A stretch of DNA of 61,271 bases from Chthoniobacteraceae bacterium (GTDB taxonomy: Bacteria; Verrucomicrobiota; Verrucomicrobiia; Chthoniobacterales; Chthoniobacteraceae), in the NCBI GenBank assembly GCA_031409655.1, contig JANNXQ010000131.1:1-61271 (forward strand). Reading direction: 5' to 3'. Shown piece by piece: positions 46,999-57,083 of this stretch (its first letter is position 1; each line of letters begins with the position of its first letter). A model generated the notes under the pieces. It was not told the origin of the DNA. It saw only the letters and a program-made list of their open reading frames with translations, and searched no databases. The position numbers were made by a program, and so were the translations under genes.

Positions 46999-47835
46999 TC
47001 ACGGCGTTTCTTTGGCTTTCACCGCGGCATCCACCTGAGCCCGGAGATTTGCTTTAAGTCTCTCGTAATCAGGTGACTGAATCTTTCCAAGCCACCCTAG
47101 AGACGCGTCATATTGTCCCAGTCGTAGATTCACCCGGGCAAGGTTCGCGTAGGCAAAGTCCTTGGTCGGAGAAAGCTCAAGGACGCGCTTCCAAGCCTCC
47201 ACGGCCTCCGTCCAGTCCGGCTTTTTCATCCCGTAGAAGGTCTCCGCATAAGCCCGCGCATACTCCAGGTCCAGAGGCGCAAGCCGGACCGCGGCGGCAA
47301 AGTGCGCGAGCGCGACCGCGAGCACTTGATCTTCCGATTGGGACTCGTCCACGAGTTCGTGGCGAAAGAGAAACGTCGTATTCCCGGCCACATATTGAAA
47401 TTGCGCAATCGTCGGTGCCGCCGCGCAGGCTTTTTGAAAATAGTGCGCGGCTGATTTTCCGCTGCCCGCTGCGAGATGACCGTCCCCGAGCCGATAGAGC
47501 ACCGCCGCGTTTCGCGGGTCGATTTCCTCCGCCACTTTCCATTCGCGCATCGCCCCTTCACGCTCTCCCCGTTCCCAGAGAAATTCTCCGAACGCCGCGT
47601 GCACCGCTCCGTCGCGCGGATACTTCGCCGCCAAATCCCGGTAGGAATTTTCCACTTTTCGCCACTCGTCCGGTTCCGCCTTATGCAGAAGAAGCGCCGC
47701 GGCCTGGTTCCGCAGACGCTGCAATTCCTCCGCTGCGGAAACACGCGTCGACTCCGCCGTACAAAGGCGCAGCAGTGCGCCGAAAAAGATCACGCAGAGG
47801 AGAGCGGATGGTTGACGGTGTCGGGTGAGGTGCAT
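46999..47835 (-). CDS. Exported TPR-repeat protein
   Basis: Hydrophobic N-terminus, TPR helices (AEEIDPRNA.VLYRLG, VLELSP..FAYANLARV); start uncertain. Confidence 0.75.
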   Translation of the reverse strand: MHLTRHRQPSALLCVIFFGALLRLCTAESTRVSAAEELQRLRNQAAALLLHKAEPDEWRKVENSYRDLAAKYPRDGAVHAAFGEFLWERGEREGAMREWKVAEEIDPRNAAVLYRLGDGHLAAGSGKSAAHYFQKACAAAPTIAQFQYVAGNTTFLFRHELVDESQSEDQVLAVALAHFAAAVRLAPLDLEYARAYAETFYGMKKPDWTEAVEAWKRVLELSPTKDFAYANLARVNLRLGQYDASLGWLGKIQSPDYERLKANLRAQVDAAVKAKETP

Positions 47836-47953
47836 AGCTTCGCGACGCAAATTCGGAGCGCGCAGCAGCGCGCCGGTGAGAACGCACTTTACGCGGAGGA
47901 AGTCTCCGCGCGAGAGCGATCGAGCCGGTCGCTCCCCCGTTTGCCGATGAACT

Positions 47954-48388
47954 ATGCAGAAACTTGAATTCGGTGAAGCTCTCGACCTCATCCATAAAAA
48001 GGATCCGCGCTATCATGCCGACGCCTACCACTTTTTACGCGACGCTCTCGACTTCACGGTCAAGCTCCGCAAGCGCGCGAAGGAGAGCCCCGGGCATGTC
48101 AGCGGACAGCAGCTTCTCGACGGCGTGCGGCAGTTCGCGCTGAAGCAATTCGGACCGATGGTTCCGACCGTTTTTGAGTACTGGAATGTCCGCTGTTGCG
48201 AGGATTTCGGGCAGATGGTTTTCAATCTGATCGGGGTCGGCATCTTCGGTAAATCGCCGAGCGACTGCATCGCTGACTTCCAGGGGACGTACACTTTCCA
48301 CGACGCCTTCGTCGCGCCCTTCGTCGTGGCGAAAGCCGCCCCGGCAACCCGCCGCAAAGTGGCGCGGGTGGACCGCAACGCAAGCTAG
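47954..48388 (+). CDS. Minf_1886-family (PVC-specific) protein
   Basis: DPRY..DAYHFLRDAL, HVSGQQLLDG.R.FA..QFG, W....EDFG.MVFNLI..G.F. Confidence 0.85.
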   Translation: MQKLEFGEALDLIHKKDPRYHADAYHFLRDALDFTVKLRKRAKESPGHVSGQQLLDGVRQFALKQFGPMVPTVFEYWNVRCCEDFGQMVFNLIGVGIFGKSPSDCIADFQGTYTFHDAFVAPFVVAKAAPATRRKVARVDRNAS

Positions 48389-48463
48389 TTCCGCGCGCCG
48401 GAAAAGGTCCGCACCGAGAATTTACTTTCAGGGGCGGGAAGCGTGCGGGAGATTCGCGACCGC

Positions 48464-51112
48464 ATGGCCGCAGCTCCCACAGGTACGATCACCTTTCTCT
48501 TTTCGGACATCGAAGGCAGCACCAAAAAATGGGAGCAGCATCCGGAAGCGATGCGCCGCATGCTTGGGCGGCATGACACGATTTTGCGCGAGTCCTTTGC
48601 GGCGCACGGCGGGCTCGTTTTCAAAACGATCGGCGATGCTTTCTGCGTCGCCTTCGACACGGCCCTAGACGCTCTCCTTGGCGCGCTGGCCGCGCAGCGG
48701 GCGCTGCAGGCAGAGCCCTGGGAGGAAATCGGCGAATTACTCGTGCGCATGGGCCTGCACACCGGCGCGGCGGAAAACCGCGACAGCGACTACTTTGGAC
48801 AGCCGCTGAATCGTGTCGCCCGGATGCTCGCGGCCGCGCACGGCGGACAAATCCTCCTCTCCCTCGCGACGCAGGAACTGGTGCGCGATCAACTGCCCGA
48901 AGGCGTGCAATTGCGCGCGCTCGGCGAACACCGCCTGCGCGACCTCGCTCGCGCCGAGCACCTCTTTCAGCTCATGGCGAAGGATCTCCCCGCGGAGTTT
49001 CCGCCGCTCCGCTCGCTGGAAAGCATCCCCAACAATCTGCCCATCCAGCTCACGAGTTTCGTCGGGCGCGAGGTGGAAATGGCCGAGGTCAAGCGCCTCC
49101 TGGCGAGCACCCGCCTGCTCACTCTCAGCGGCATGGGCGGCACCGGGAAGACCCGTCTCTCGCTGCAAGTCGCGGCCGAAGTCCTCGACACTTTCACCGA
49201 CGGGGTGTGGCTCGTGGAGTTTGCGACCATCGACGATGCGGCGGTCGTGCCCGAGACCGTTGCCGCCGCGCTCGATCTCCGGCAGGAAGCCGAACGCACG
49301 CTCACGGCGACGCTCACGGGTTATCTGCGCAGCCGAAATTTGCTCCTCATTTTCGACAACTGCGAACACGTGGTCACAGCCTGCGCGCGGCTCGCTGAAA
49401 CACTCCTCCGCGCCTGCCCGCGCCTCCGCATCCTTGCGAGCAGCCGCGAACCGCTCGGCATCGCCGGCGAGACCGCCTGGCCAGTGCCGCCGCTATCGCT
49501 CCCAGCCCATTGGCGCGAGATCGCCGACGGCCCGGACGCGATCGAGCAACTCACGCAATACGAAGCCGTGCGCCTCTTCATCGAGCGCGCCCGCATCGCC
49601 CGCCCAGCCTTCCAGCTCACGAATGAAAACGCGCCCACCATCGCGCGGATCTGCTGGCGGCTCGACGGCATCGCCCTCGCCATCGAGCTCGCCGCGGCGC
49701 GGGTGAAAGTGCTCACGCTCCAGCAAATCGTGGAGCGGCTCGATGACCGCTTTCACCTTCTCACCACCGGCAGCCGCACCGCCGTGCCGCGGCAGCAGAC
49801 GCTCCGGTCACTCATCGACTGGAGCTACGACCTGCTCAGCGAACCGGAACGCAAGCTCCTCCGGCGGCTCTCCGTCTTTGCCCGCGGTCGCACTTTGGAA
49901 GCGATCGAAGCCGTCTGCTCCGGCGACGGTGTCGAGAGCTACGAGGCCGTGGACCTTCTCACCCAACTCGTGGACAAGTCGCTCGTCAGTGTCGAAAAAT
50001 CCGTCGAGCACGGAGCGCGGTATGTGATGCTCGAATCGCTCTGGGACTACGCGAATGAAAAGCTCATCGAGGCCGGAGAATCGGACGCCTACCGCATCCG
50101 GCATCTCGACTACTTTCTGAAATATGCCGAGGACACCGAGCCGAAGATCATCGGCCCGGCGCAGCGGGAGTGGCTGGTGCGGCTGGAGCCGGATGATTTC
50201 AATTTTCGCTACGCCGTGGAGGCCAGCACCGAGCTTCCCGAGCAGGCGCCGAAAGGACTGCGTATCCTCACTGCAATCGCCCGCCATGTGGAAGTGCATG
50301 GCTTCTTCAAGGACGCGCGCGAAGATCTCAATCGCTTGCTCGCCCATCCGGGCACTGCCACTGGCGATGCGGTGCGCGCGCGGGCGCTGAGCGCGGCGGG
50401 CCGGATGGCGTGGATCTGTGACGATCTCGCGGTCGGTGCCGCTTTCGAGGAGGAAGCGCTCGCCATCTGGCGCGAGATCGGCGACCCCCGCGGGACGGCC
50501 CAGGCGCTCGGCAGTCTCGCGCTCTACGCCTGGGATTCCGGTGATTTGTCGGGCGCGGACGCACTCCTGACCGAAGCCAATTCGCTGGCTGCATCGCTAA
50601 AGGATTCCCGCCTCACCGCCCACCTCCACCATGCCGAAGGCATCCTCGCAGCCGCCCACCGCGATCACCCGCGATCATTAGCCGCAGATCGGGAAAGCCA
50701 TGCCCTCTACGCGCAGCTTGGCGACGCCTGGCAGGTGGTCATCGTCGATTGGTCCGTCGGCATCGAGGCGACCGTGCTCGGCGAGTACGAGGAGGCCCAC
50801 GCCCGCTTTGCGAATTGCGTGCAAGGCGGGCTCGATCTCGGCAATCGCTGGGGCATGCCCTACCCGCTCGAGGCCTTCGGCGTGCTCGCCATCGCTCAGG
50901 GAAAATACGAGCGCGGCGCGTGTCTGCTCGGCGCCGCGGAAGGCCAGCGCATCAAGTCCGGAAGCGTTTCGCAGACGGCCGATCACCCCGCCTTCCGCGA
51001 AATGCTCAACGCCGCCGCCGAACAACTCTCCAGCGAAAACGCCGTCGCCGCACGGCAGCAAGGTCGCGAGATGACACTCGACGAAGCGCTCGCTTTCGCG
51101 CTGGAACGCTAA
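48464..51112 (+). CDS. Class III nucleotidyl cyclase + STAND (NB-ARC-like) ATPase + TPR protein
   Basis: TFLFSDIEGST, KTIGDAFC, RMGLHTG, YFGQPLNRVAR; NLP..LTSFVGR, GMGGTGKTRL, FDNCEH, SSREPL, LDGIALAIELAAAR. Confidence 0.92.
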   Translation: MAAAPTGTITFLFSDIEGSTKKWEQHPEAMRRMLGRHDTILRESFAAHGGLVFKTIGDAFCVAFDTALDALLGALAAQRALQAEPWEEIGELLVRMGLHTGAAENRDSDYFGQPLNRVARMLAAAHGGQILLSLATQELVRDQLPEGVQLRALGEHRLRDLARAEHLFQLMAKDLPAEFPPLRSLESIPNNLPIQLTSFVGREVEMAEVKRLLASTRLLTLSGMGGTGKTRLSLQVAAEVLDTFTDGVWLVEFATIDDAAVVPETVAAALDLRQEAERTLTATLTGYLRSRNLLLIFDNCEHVVTACARLAETLLRACPRLRILASSREPLGIAGETAWPVPPLSLPAHWREIADGPDAIEQLTQYEAVRLFIERARIARPAFQLTNENAPTIARICWRLDGIALAIELAAARVKVLTLQQIVERLDDRFHLLTTGSRTAVPRQQTLRSLIDWSYDLLSEPERKLLRRLSVFARGRTLEAIEAVCSGDGVESYEAVDLLTQLVDKSLVSVEKSVEHGARYVMLESLWDYANEKLIEAGESDAYRIRHLDYFLKYAEDTEPKIIGPAQREWLVRLEPDDFNFRYAVEASTELPEQAPKGLRILTAIARHVEVHGFFKDAREDLNRLLAHPGTATGDAVRARALSAAGRMAWICDDLAVGAAFEEEALAIWREIGDPRGTAQALGSLALYAWDSGDLSGADALLTEANSLAASLKDSRLTAHLHHAEGILAAAHRDHPRSLAADRESHALYAQLGDAWQVVIVDWSVGIEATVLGEYEEAHARFANCVQGGLDLGNRWGMPYPLEAFGVLAIAQGKYERGACLLGAAEGQRIKSGSVSQTADHPAFREMLNAAAEQLSSENAVAARQQGREMTLDEALAFALER

Positions 51113-51115
51113 GGC

Positions 51116-51238
51116 CTGGGAGCGCCGCCGTCCCCGTGCGGGATCCACCATTCGCGAAGCGTCAAACCTCCTCCACGCCGTGAGAGCGGCGCGGCGCGCC
51201 GCGGCTACGTTTGCCGCACGGGACGGCGGCGCTCCCAG
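51116..51238. repeat. Inverted REP-like doublet (REPIN-like) between convergent genes
   Basis: CTGGGAGCGCCGCCGTCCCCGTGCGG (51116-51141) / CCGCACGGGACGGCGGCGCTCCCAG (51214-51238). Confidence 0.8.
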
Positions 51239-51286
51239 AGCTCCACCGCCAGCAACCGATCACCACGCTGAAGAAAGCCGCCTTGC

Positions 51287-52360
51287 CTACAGCCCCTGAT
51301 CCTCCTCGGGGAGAAAGACCCGGAAGCGATTCTTATCGATCGCCTTCATATACGCCTCCACCGGCGTAATGATGCCCTGCTGCATCACCGTCCAGATAGC
51401 GTCGTCCATGAATTGCATCCCTTCGCCTTTTCCGCCGACGAGCACGTCCTGCAGCTTCTGCGTCGCGCCTTCGCGGATGATCGCGCTCGCCGCATTGTTC
51501 ACGATCAGAATTTCGTTCACCGCCAGTCGCCCGCCACCGTCCGCTTTTTTCAGGAGCAACTGCGCGACCACTCCTCGGAGTGAATTCGCGAGCATCGTCC
51601 TCACCTGCGACTGCATGTCGGACGGGAAAACGTCGATCATCCGATCGACCGTCTTGCGTGCGTTATTCGTGTGCAGCGTGCCAAAGACGAGCAGCCCCGT
51701 CTCCGCCGCCGTCAGCGCGAGCTGGATGGTCTCGAGATCGCGCATTTCACCCACGAGCACGATATCCGCATCCTCCCGGAGCGCCGCTTTCAGACCCGCC
51801 GGGAAGTCGATGGCATGCTCCGGCACTTCGCGCTGCGTGATGATCACCCGCTTGTTCTGATGCACAAATTCGATCGGCTCTTCGACCGTGATGATGTGCC
51901 GCGAGAAGTTCGAGTTGATGTAGTCGATCAGCGCCGCCAGCGTCGTCGATTTCCCCGACCCCGTCGGCCCCGTGACGAGCACGAGCCCGCCCCGCAGATG
52001 GCCGAATTCCTTGACCACCGGCGGAATGCCGAGCTGATCGAGACTCATGATCTTCGTCGGGATGAGTCGGAAGACGCAGCCGAGACCGCCCGTCTGCTTC
52101 AGAAAGTTGCACCGGAAACGCGAGTGCTCATCCATCTCGTACGCGAGATCGAGATCGCCCCCTTCCATGAAGCGCTCCCAACGATCCGGCCCACAAATCT
52201 CGCTCATCATGAATGCCATCTCATCATGCGTGAGCGCCTCTTCGCGGATCGCCACGATCTCGCCATGCCGGCGAATCTTGGGCGCTTCGCCTTCTTTCAG
52301 ATGAAGATCAGAGGCACCAGCGTTGACGAGGACTTCGAAGAATTGATCGATGTAAGCCAT
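51287..52360 (-). CDS. pilT: Type IV pilus retraction ATPase PilT paralog
   Basis: ASDLHL, VTGPTGSGKSTTLAA, EEPIEF, ALREDAD.VLVGEMRD, AETGLLVFGTLHT. Confidence 0.93.
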   Translation of the reverse strand: MAYIDQFFEVLVNAGASDLHLKEGEAPKIRRHGEIVAIREEALTHDEMAFMMSEICGPDRWERFMEGGDLDLAYEMDEHSRFRCNFLKQTGGLGCVFRLIPTKIMSLDQLGIPPVVKEFGHLRGGLVLVTGPTGSGKSTTLAALIDYINSNFSRHIITVEEPIEFVHQNKRVIITQREVPEHAIDFPAGLKAALREDADIVLVGEMRDLETIQLALTAAETGLLVFGTLHTNNARKTVDRMIDVFPSDMQSQVRTMLANSLRGVVAQLLLKKADGGGRLAVNEILIVNNAASAIIREGATQKLQDVLVGGKGEGMQFMDDAIWTVMQQGIITPVEAYMKAIDKNRFRVFLPEEDQGL

Positions 52361-52424
52361 GGGGAGTTGAGGATTGAGAGTTGGAGCCGCCGAGGTGCAG
52401 GACTTAGCTATCTCTGCTACTCGC

Positions 52425-53546
52425 TCACCGCCGCTTCTTCGAGGCGATGTGCTGGCGCATGAGCGTCTTTTGCTCGGAGCGCGCGTAGCATTCCTCGTCG
52501 GTGATGATGCCGGCGTCGAAAAGTTCGATGAGCGAGTCGTCCATGAGCTTCATGCCGAGCTTGCGGCCCGTCTGCATCACGCCGGGGAGCATGAAGGTGC
52601 GGGCTTCCCGGATCAGATTCCCAACGGCGGGTGAGTTTGTCAGGATCTCGAGGGCGAGCGCGCGACCGGCGCCATCGGCGCGCGGGACGAGTTGCTGCGA
52701 GACGATGCCGCGCAGGGATTCGCTGACCATCACGCGGATCTGCTCGCGCTGATCCACCGGGAAAACGTCGAGCACCCGATCCAGCGTGCGCGCCGCATTT
52801 CCCGTGTGCAAAGTCCCGAGCACCAGATGGCCCGTCTCGGAAGCCGTGATGGCGAGCTGAATGGTCTCCAAGTCGCGCATTTCGCCCACCATGATGACAT
52901 CGGGATCTTCCCGCAGCGCCCCGCGCAGCGCCGCGCCGAAGGACTTGGTATGGGTATGCACCTCACGCTGGGTCACGTGGCAGCTTTTCGAGTGAATGAT
53001 GTACTCGATCGGGTCTTCGAGCGTGATGATGTGGTCGTGCCGGTTCTCGTTGATGAAATCGACCATCGCCGCCAGCGTCGTCGATTTTCCGGAGCCCACC
53101 GCACCGGTCACGAGGATCAGGCCATTGTGATATTTCGTGAGCTGCTTCAGGATCTCTGGGAAGCCGAGTTCCTCCATCGACCGCAGCCGCGCGCTGATGA
53201 TCCGAAAAACGATGTCGATCCCGAGACGGTGCCGAACGACCGACGCGCGGAAACGCCCGATGTCCGTGGCATAGGCAAAATCCACATCGCCACGACTGGC
53301 GAGGATCTGCTTCTGCGCGTCGTTCAGGAAGCCCATCGCGAGTCGTTCCGTGTCTTCCGCGGTGAGCCGATCCGCCTGGATCCAGATCGGTTCGAGCACC
53401 CCGAAGCGCCGCCAGATCGGCAGCCCATTCACGCCGAGATGGACGTCCGAGCAGTCTGATTCCTGGCCGACCCGCAAGTACTCGTCAACGTGACCGAGCG
53501 TGTGAACTTGTGAGTCTGTCGATTCCGAGGGGGGTGATTGGTCCAT
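52425..53546 (-). CDS. pilT: Type IV pilus retraction ATPase PilT paralog
   Basis: SDVHL, VTGAVGSGKSTTLAA, EDPIEY, ALREDPDVIMVGEMRD, ETGHLVLGTLHT, AVGNLIRE. Confidence 0.93.
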   Translation of the reverse strand: MDQSPPSESTDSQVHTLGHVDEYLRVGQESDCSDVHLGVNGLPIWRRFGVLEPIWIQADRLTAEDTERLAMGFLNDAQKQILASRGDVDFAYATDIGRFRASVVRHRLGIDIVFRIISARLRSMEELGFPEILKQLTKYHNGLILVTGAVGSGKSTTLAAMVDFINENRHDHIITLEDPIEYIIHSKSCHVTQREVHTHTKSFGAALRGALREDPDVIMVGEMRDLETIQLAITASETGHLVLGTLHTGNAARTLDRVLDVFPVDQREQIRVMVSESLRGIVSQQLVPRADGAGRALALEILTNSPAVGNLIREARTFMLPGVMQTGRKLGMKLMDDSLIELFDAGIITDEECYARSEQKTLMRQHIASKKRR

Positions 53547-53837
53547 GCGTCTGAGCGATTGTCACTGCTAGCGGCGCGACGGGCGGATTGGCAATGCAAA
53601 CTTTGCCCGAACCTCCGCGGGAGGGACGAGCCAGCGACTTTTCAGCAGAAGCTCGCGCCCGCTCCTGACTTTTGCGCAAAGATCCCCTTCCGTGAAAAAG
53701 AGCAAATCCGGCGTCCTCGGATTCGGCTCGTTTGGCGAAATAAATCTCGCCGCGCTCAGCGCGCTTCCGAATGTTGGGGCCGGTTTGCTATTTGGGGGGA
53801 AGCCTCTCTGACCTCTGCTCAAATCACTCTTCCCAGG

Positions 53838-55334
53838 ATGAAACATCTTACGACACTCACCGCTTTCATGGTCCTGCTCTGCGGCGTCCTAGCTTCGGCG
53901 GCGGAAGCCCAACCCAACATCCTCCTCATCGTCGCTGACGATCTCGGCTACCGCGATCTGGGTTGCTATGGGGCGACGAAGATCAAGACGCCGCGCCTCG
54001 ACCGGCTCGCTGACGAGAGCGTGCGCTTCACCGATGCGCATTCCATTTGCGCCACCTGTATGCCTTCGCGCTACGCGATGCTCAGCGGCACTTACTTTTT
54101 CAACGCACGGCAAAAAGGCGGTTACGCGACCCATTTTCACGAAGGCCAGAGCACGCTTCCTTCGCTGCTCAAGTCAGCGGGCTATCGCACGGCGGCGCTC
54201 GGGAAATGGCACAATGGCTTTGGCCACGCCGCCGATCCGGACTGGAACACGGACCTGAAACCGGGGCCGTTGGAGATCGGCTTCGACTCGTTTTTCGGCA
54301 CGCCGCGCACCCACAACGAACCGCCGCTCGTCTTCGTGGAAGGCCATCGCATCGTGGGGCTCGATCCGGCCGATCCCATCAGCGTGGATATGTCGCCGCA
54401 GTTTGGCCGCTGGGGTAAAACGATCGGTGGCACCAAGGCGCAGGCAGCGCGCCCGGATGAGCGCATCGATTTCATTCTCGCGGACAAGGCGGAAAAGTTT
54501 CTCGCGCAACCGACGAAGGACAAACCCTTCTTCCTCTATCTGGCGTTTGCGGCGCCGCACAACCCCATCAACCCTGCGCCGGAGTTTCGCGACAAGAGCG
54601 AGGCCGGGCTTTACGGCGACTACATCCAGCAACTCGATCATTGCACCGGGCTGGTGCTCGATGCCTTGGAAAAACTGGGTCTGGCGCGGACTACGATCGT
54701 CATCTTCACCAGCGACAATGGCGGGCGCTACGAACGCGACGCGCTCAAGGCCGGACACCGCACCAATGGTGAATTGCTCGGCCAAAAGACCGATGGCTGG
54801 GAAGGCGGACATCGCGTGCCGCTGCTGGCGCGCTGGCCAGAGCACTTCGCGCCGGGCAGCGTGAGGAAGGAGTTTTTCCTGCAAGTGGACCTCATGGCCA
54901 CGCTCGCGGAAGCTGCGCAGATCACCGTGCCCGCCGGTGCCTCGCCCGATGGCGCGAGCGAACTCGCCGCCTTCACCAAGCCTGCCGCGGCTCCCACCAA
55001 ACGCACCGAGGGCGTCATTCAAGGCAGCGGCACCTACGTGCTGCGTCAGGGCGACTGGGTCTATATTCCCAAAGCGGGTTCCGCTGGCTATACCGTGCCG
55101 GAAAGAGACAAACCCTGGTCCGTGCCCTATGCCATGATGGGCTTCCGGAACAGCGACGTGGATGAGCAAGGCCAACTCAAGCCCGGTGCGCCCAAGGAGC
55201 AACTCTACAATCTGAGCACCGACCTCGCGCAGTCGCAGAACATCGCCGGCGAATACCCCGAACGCGTCGCGTCCATGCGTGCCCGGCTCGAGGAATTGAC
55301 CGGCAAGTCCAAACCAAAAGCAGCCGGCAAGTAA
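53838..55334 (+). CDS. Exported S1-family (formylglycine) sulfatase
   Basis: Signal peptide, PNILLIVADDLG, CMPSR, GKWH, FTSDNG, WEGGHRVP, QLYNL. Confidence 0.93.
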   Translation: MKHLTTLTAFMVLLCGVLASAAEAQPNILLIVADDLGYRDLGCYGATKIKTPRLDRLADESVRFTDAHSICATCMPSRYAMLSGTYFFNARQKGGYATHFHEGQSTLPSLLKSAGYRTAALGKWHNGFGHAADPDWNTDLKPGPLEIGFDSFFGTPRTHNEPPLVFVEGHRIVGLDPADPISVDMSPQFGRWGKTIGGTKAQAARPDERIDFILADKAEKFLAQPTKDKPFFLYLAFAAPHNPINPAPEFRDKSEAGLYGDYIQQLDHCTGLVLDALEKLGLARTTIVIFTSDNGGRYERDALKAGHRTNGELLGQKTDGWEGGHRVPLLARWPEHFAPGSVRKEFFLQVDLMATLAEAAQITVPAGASPDGASELAAFTKPAAAPTKRTEGVIQGSGTYVLRQGDWVYIPKAGSAGYTVPERDKPWSVPYAMMGFRNSDVDEQGQLKPGAPKEQLYNLSTDLAQSQNIAGEYPERVASMRARLEELTGKSKPKAAGK

Positions 55335-55348
55335 CTCTCAATATTCAC

Positions 55349-55617
55349 ATGAAACGACATCTGTTCACCAGCCTGTCCGGCCTTTTCCTGTCATGCGCTG
55401 CTGCCCATGCCCAAGTTGCGCCGGACGGCTTGCGCCCGCTTTTCAACCTCGCGTCCACTTTAGGTCCGCACCTCTCCCGCTACTTCCAGACGATCCGAAG
55501 CTGGAGCTGATGGCGTTCCAGACCTCTATTGTCCTCATCCTGATCGCGGCGCTGATCTTGGTATTCAGGCATCCCGCGATGACCCCAAAACCCGTGCAGC
55601 AATGGAACTTGCCATGA
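55349..55617 (+). pseudogene. Fused remnant: signal peptide + DUF1080-like start joined to an MFS-like C-terminus
   Basis: MKRHLF...AAAHA-QVAPDGLRPLFN|LASTLGPHLSRYFQTIRSWS* then, in a shifted frame, MAFQTSIVLILIAALILVFR...*. Confidence 0.4.
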
Positions 55618-57020
55618 AAACTCCCGTTCTCACCCTCCTCAGCCTCATCGTTAGTTTTGCCACTGCAGAGGCCGCGCCGCCCAATATCGTCGTCTTCATC
55701 TCTGACGATCACAGCCAACTCGACTCGCAGGCTTATGGCTCCACTGAAGTGCGCACCCCGCACATGGCAAAGCTCGCGGCGGATGGATTGAAATTCACTC
55801 GCGCTTTCGTGGCATCGCCATCCTGCGGACCTAGCCGCACAGCCATGCTCACCGGCCTGTGGTCGGCCCGCAACGGCGCCGAGCGCAACCACGACGCCAA
55901 GCGGCCCGAGGTGCCCGCACTGCCCACGGTGTTGCGGGGGCTCGGCTATGAAGTCGCCGTCATCGGCAAAGTGGCGCACAGTGATTGGGCGAAGTTTTAC
56001 GACTTCGACTTCACCTCAGGCCCGACCGTTGGCATCACGAGTTCTCAAGAAGTGGCGAAGTTTCTCACCGAGCGCGATCCCGCGAAGCCACTGTGTCTTT
56101 TCGTCGGCGCACGTCATCCGCACACGCCTTGGAGCAACACCAGCGACTACGGGGCATCTGCGGTGCAGATTCCGCCCATGCATGTGGATACCGCCGTCAC
56201 TCGCGAGGAGCGCGGCAGATACCTTACGGATATTGCCAAATCAGACAGGCTGCTCGGTGAAGTCCGCGAGCTCGCCCGCGAGAAGATCCCAGGCGACACG
56301 CTTTTCCTCTACACTGCTGATCACGGCGGCCAATGGCCCTTTGGCAAATGGAACCTCTATGACGCCGGCATCCGCATCCCGCTGATCATCGCGTGGCCGG
56401 GCAAATTGACTCCTGCGACGACGAGTGAGGCGATGGTGTGTTGGCCGGATTTGCTGCCCACCTTTATCGACCTTGCCGATGGTCAGGTTCCGGCGGGTAT
56501 CGATGGCAGATCCTTTGCCCCCATCCTGCGGGGCACCGCCACCACGCATCGCGAGCGCATCTTCGCCACCCATAGCGGGGATGGCGACTTCAACGTCTAT
56601 CCCATCCGCGCCGTCCGCACGCCCGACTGGAAATACATTCGCAACCTCCATCCCGAGTTCCAGCATCACACTCACATCTCGCGGGCGAGCGGCCCGCACG
56701 GCGAAAATTATTGGAACTCCTGGCTCGCTGCCGCTGCCCAAGACTCCGCAGCAGCCGCCACCGTGGCGCGCTACTCCACGCGGCCCGCCGAAGAGCTCTA
56801 CGACTTAAAGACGGACCCTTTTGAATTGCACAATCTGGCTTCCGACCCTCAGCACGGCGAGCGTCTCGCCACGATGCGCACGGACCTCACCACCTGGATG
56901 AAAGAGCAAGGCGATCAACAAACCGTCTTCGGCAATCCGCTCCTGCAAGGCCTCCCCGTGACGATCATCGCGCGCCCAGGCAGTGGTCCGAAGGCCGAGA
57001 AAAGGAATACCAGGCCATAA
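55614..57020 (+). CDS. Exported S1-family sulfatase (N-sulfoglucosamine sulfohydrolase-like)
   Basis: PNIVVFISDDH, SCGPSR, GKVAH, TADHG..WPFGKWNLYDAG, EELYDL..DPFE..NLA. Confidence 0.92.
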   Translation: MKTPVLTLLSLIVSFATAEAAPPNIVVFISDDHSQLDSQAYGSTEVRTPHMAKLAADGLKFTRAFVASPSCGPSRTAMLTGLWSARNGAERNHDAKRPEVPALPTVLRGLGYEVAVIGKVAHSDWAKFYDFDFTSGPTVGITSSQEVAKFLTERDPAKPLCLFVGARHPHTPWSNTSDYGASAVQIPPMHVDTAVTREERGRYLTDIAKSDRLLGEVRELAREKIPGDTLFLYTADHGGQWPFGKWNLYDAGIRIPLIIAWPGKLTPATTSEAMVCWPDLLPTFIDLADGQVPAGIDGRSFAPILRGTATTHRERIFATHSGDGDFNVYPIRAVRTPDWKYIRNLHPEFQHHTHISRASGPHGENYWNSWLAAAAQDSAAAATVARYSTRPAEELYDLKTDPFELHNLASDPQHGERLATMRTDLTTWMKEQGDQQTVFGNPLLQGLPVTIIARPGSGPKAEKRNTRP

Positions 57021-57083
57021 ACCGCGACCGCGACGTCCACCCCAGCCAGTTCACACACCGCACTCAAAAGTAACCTCACTGAC

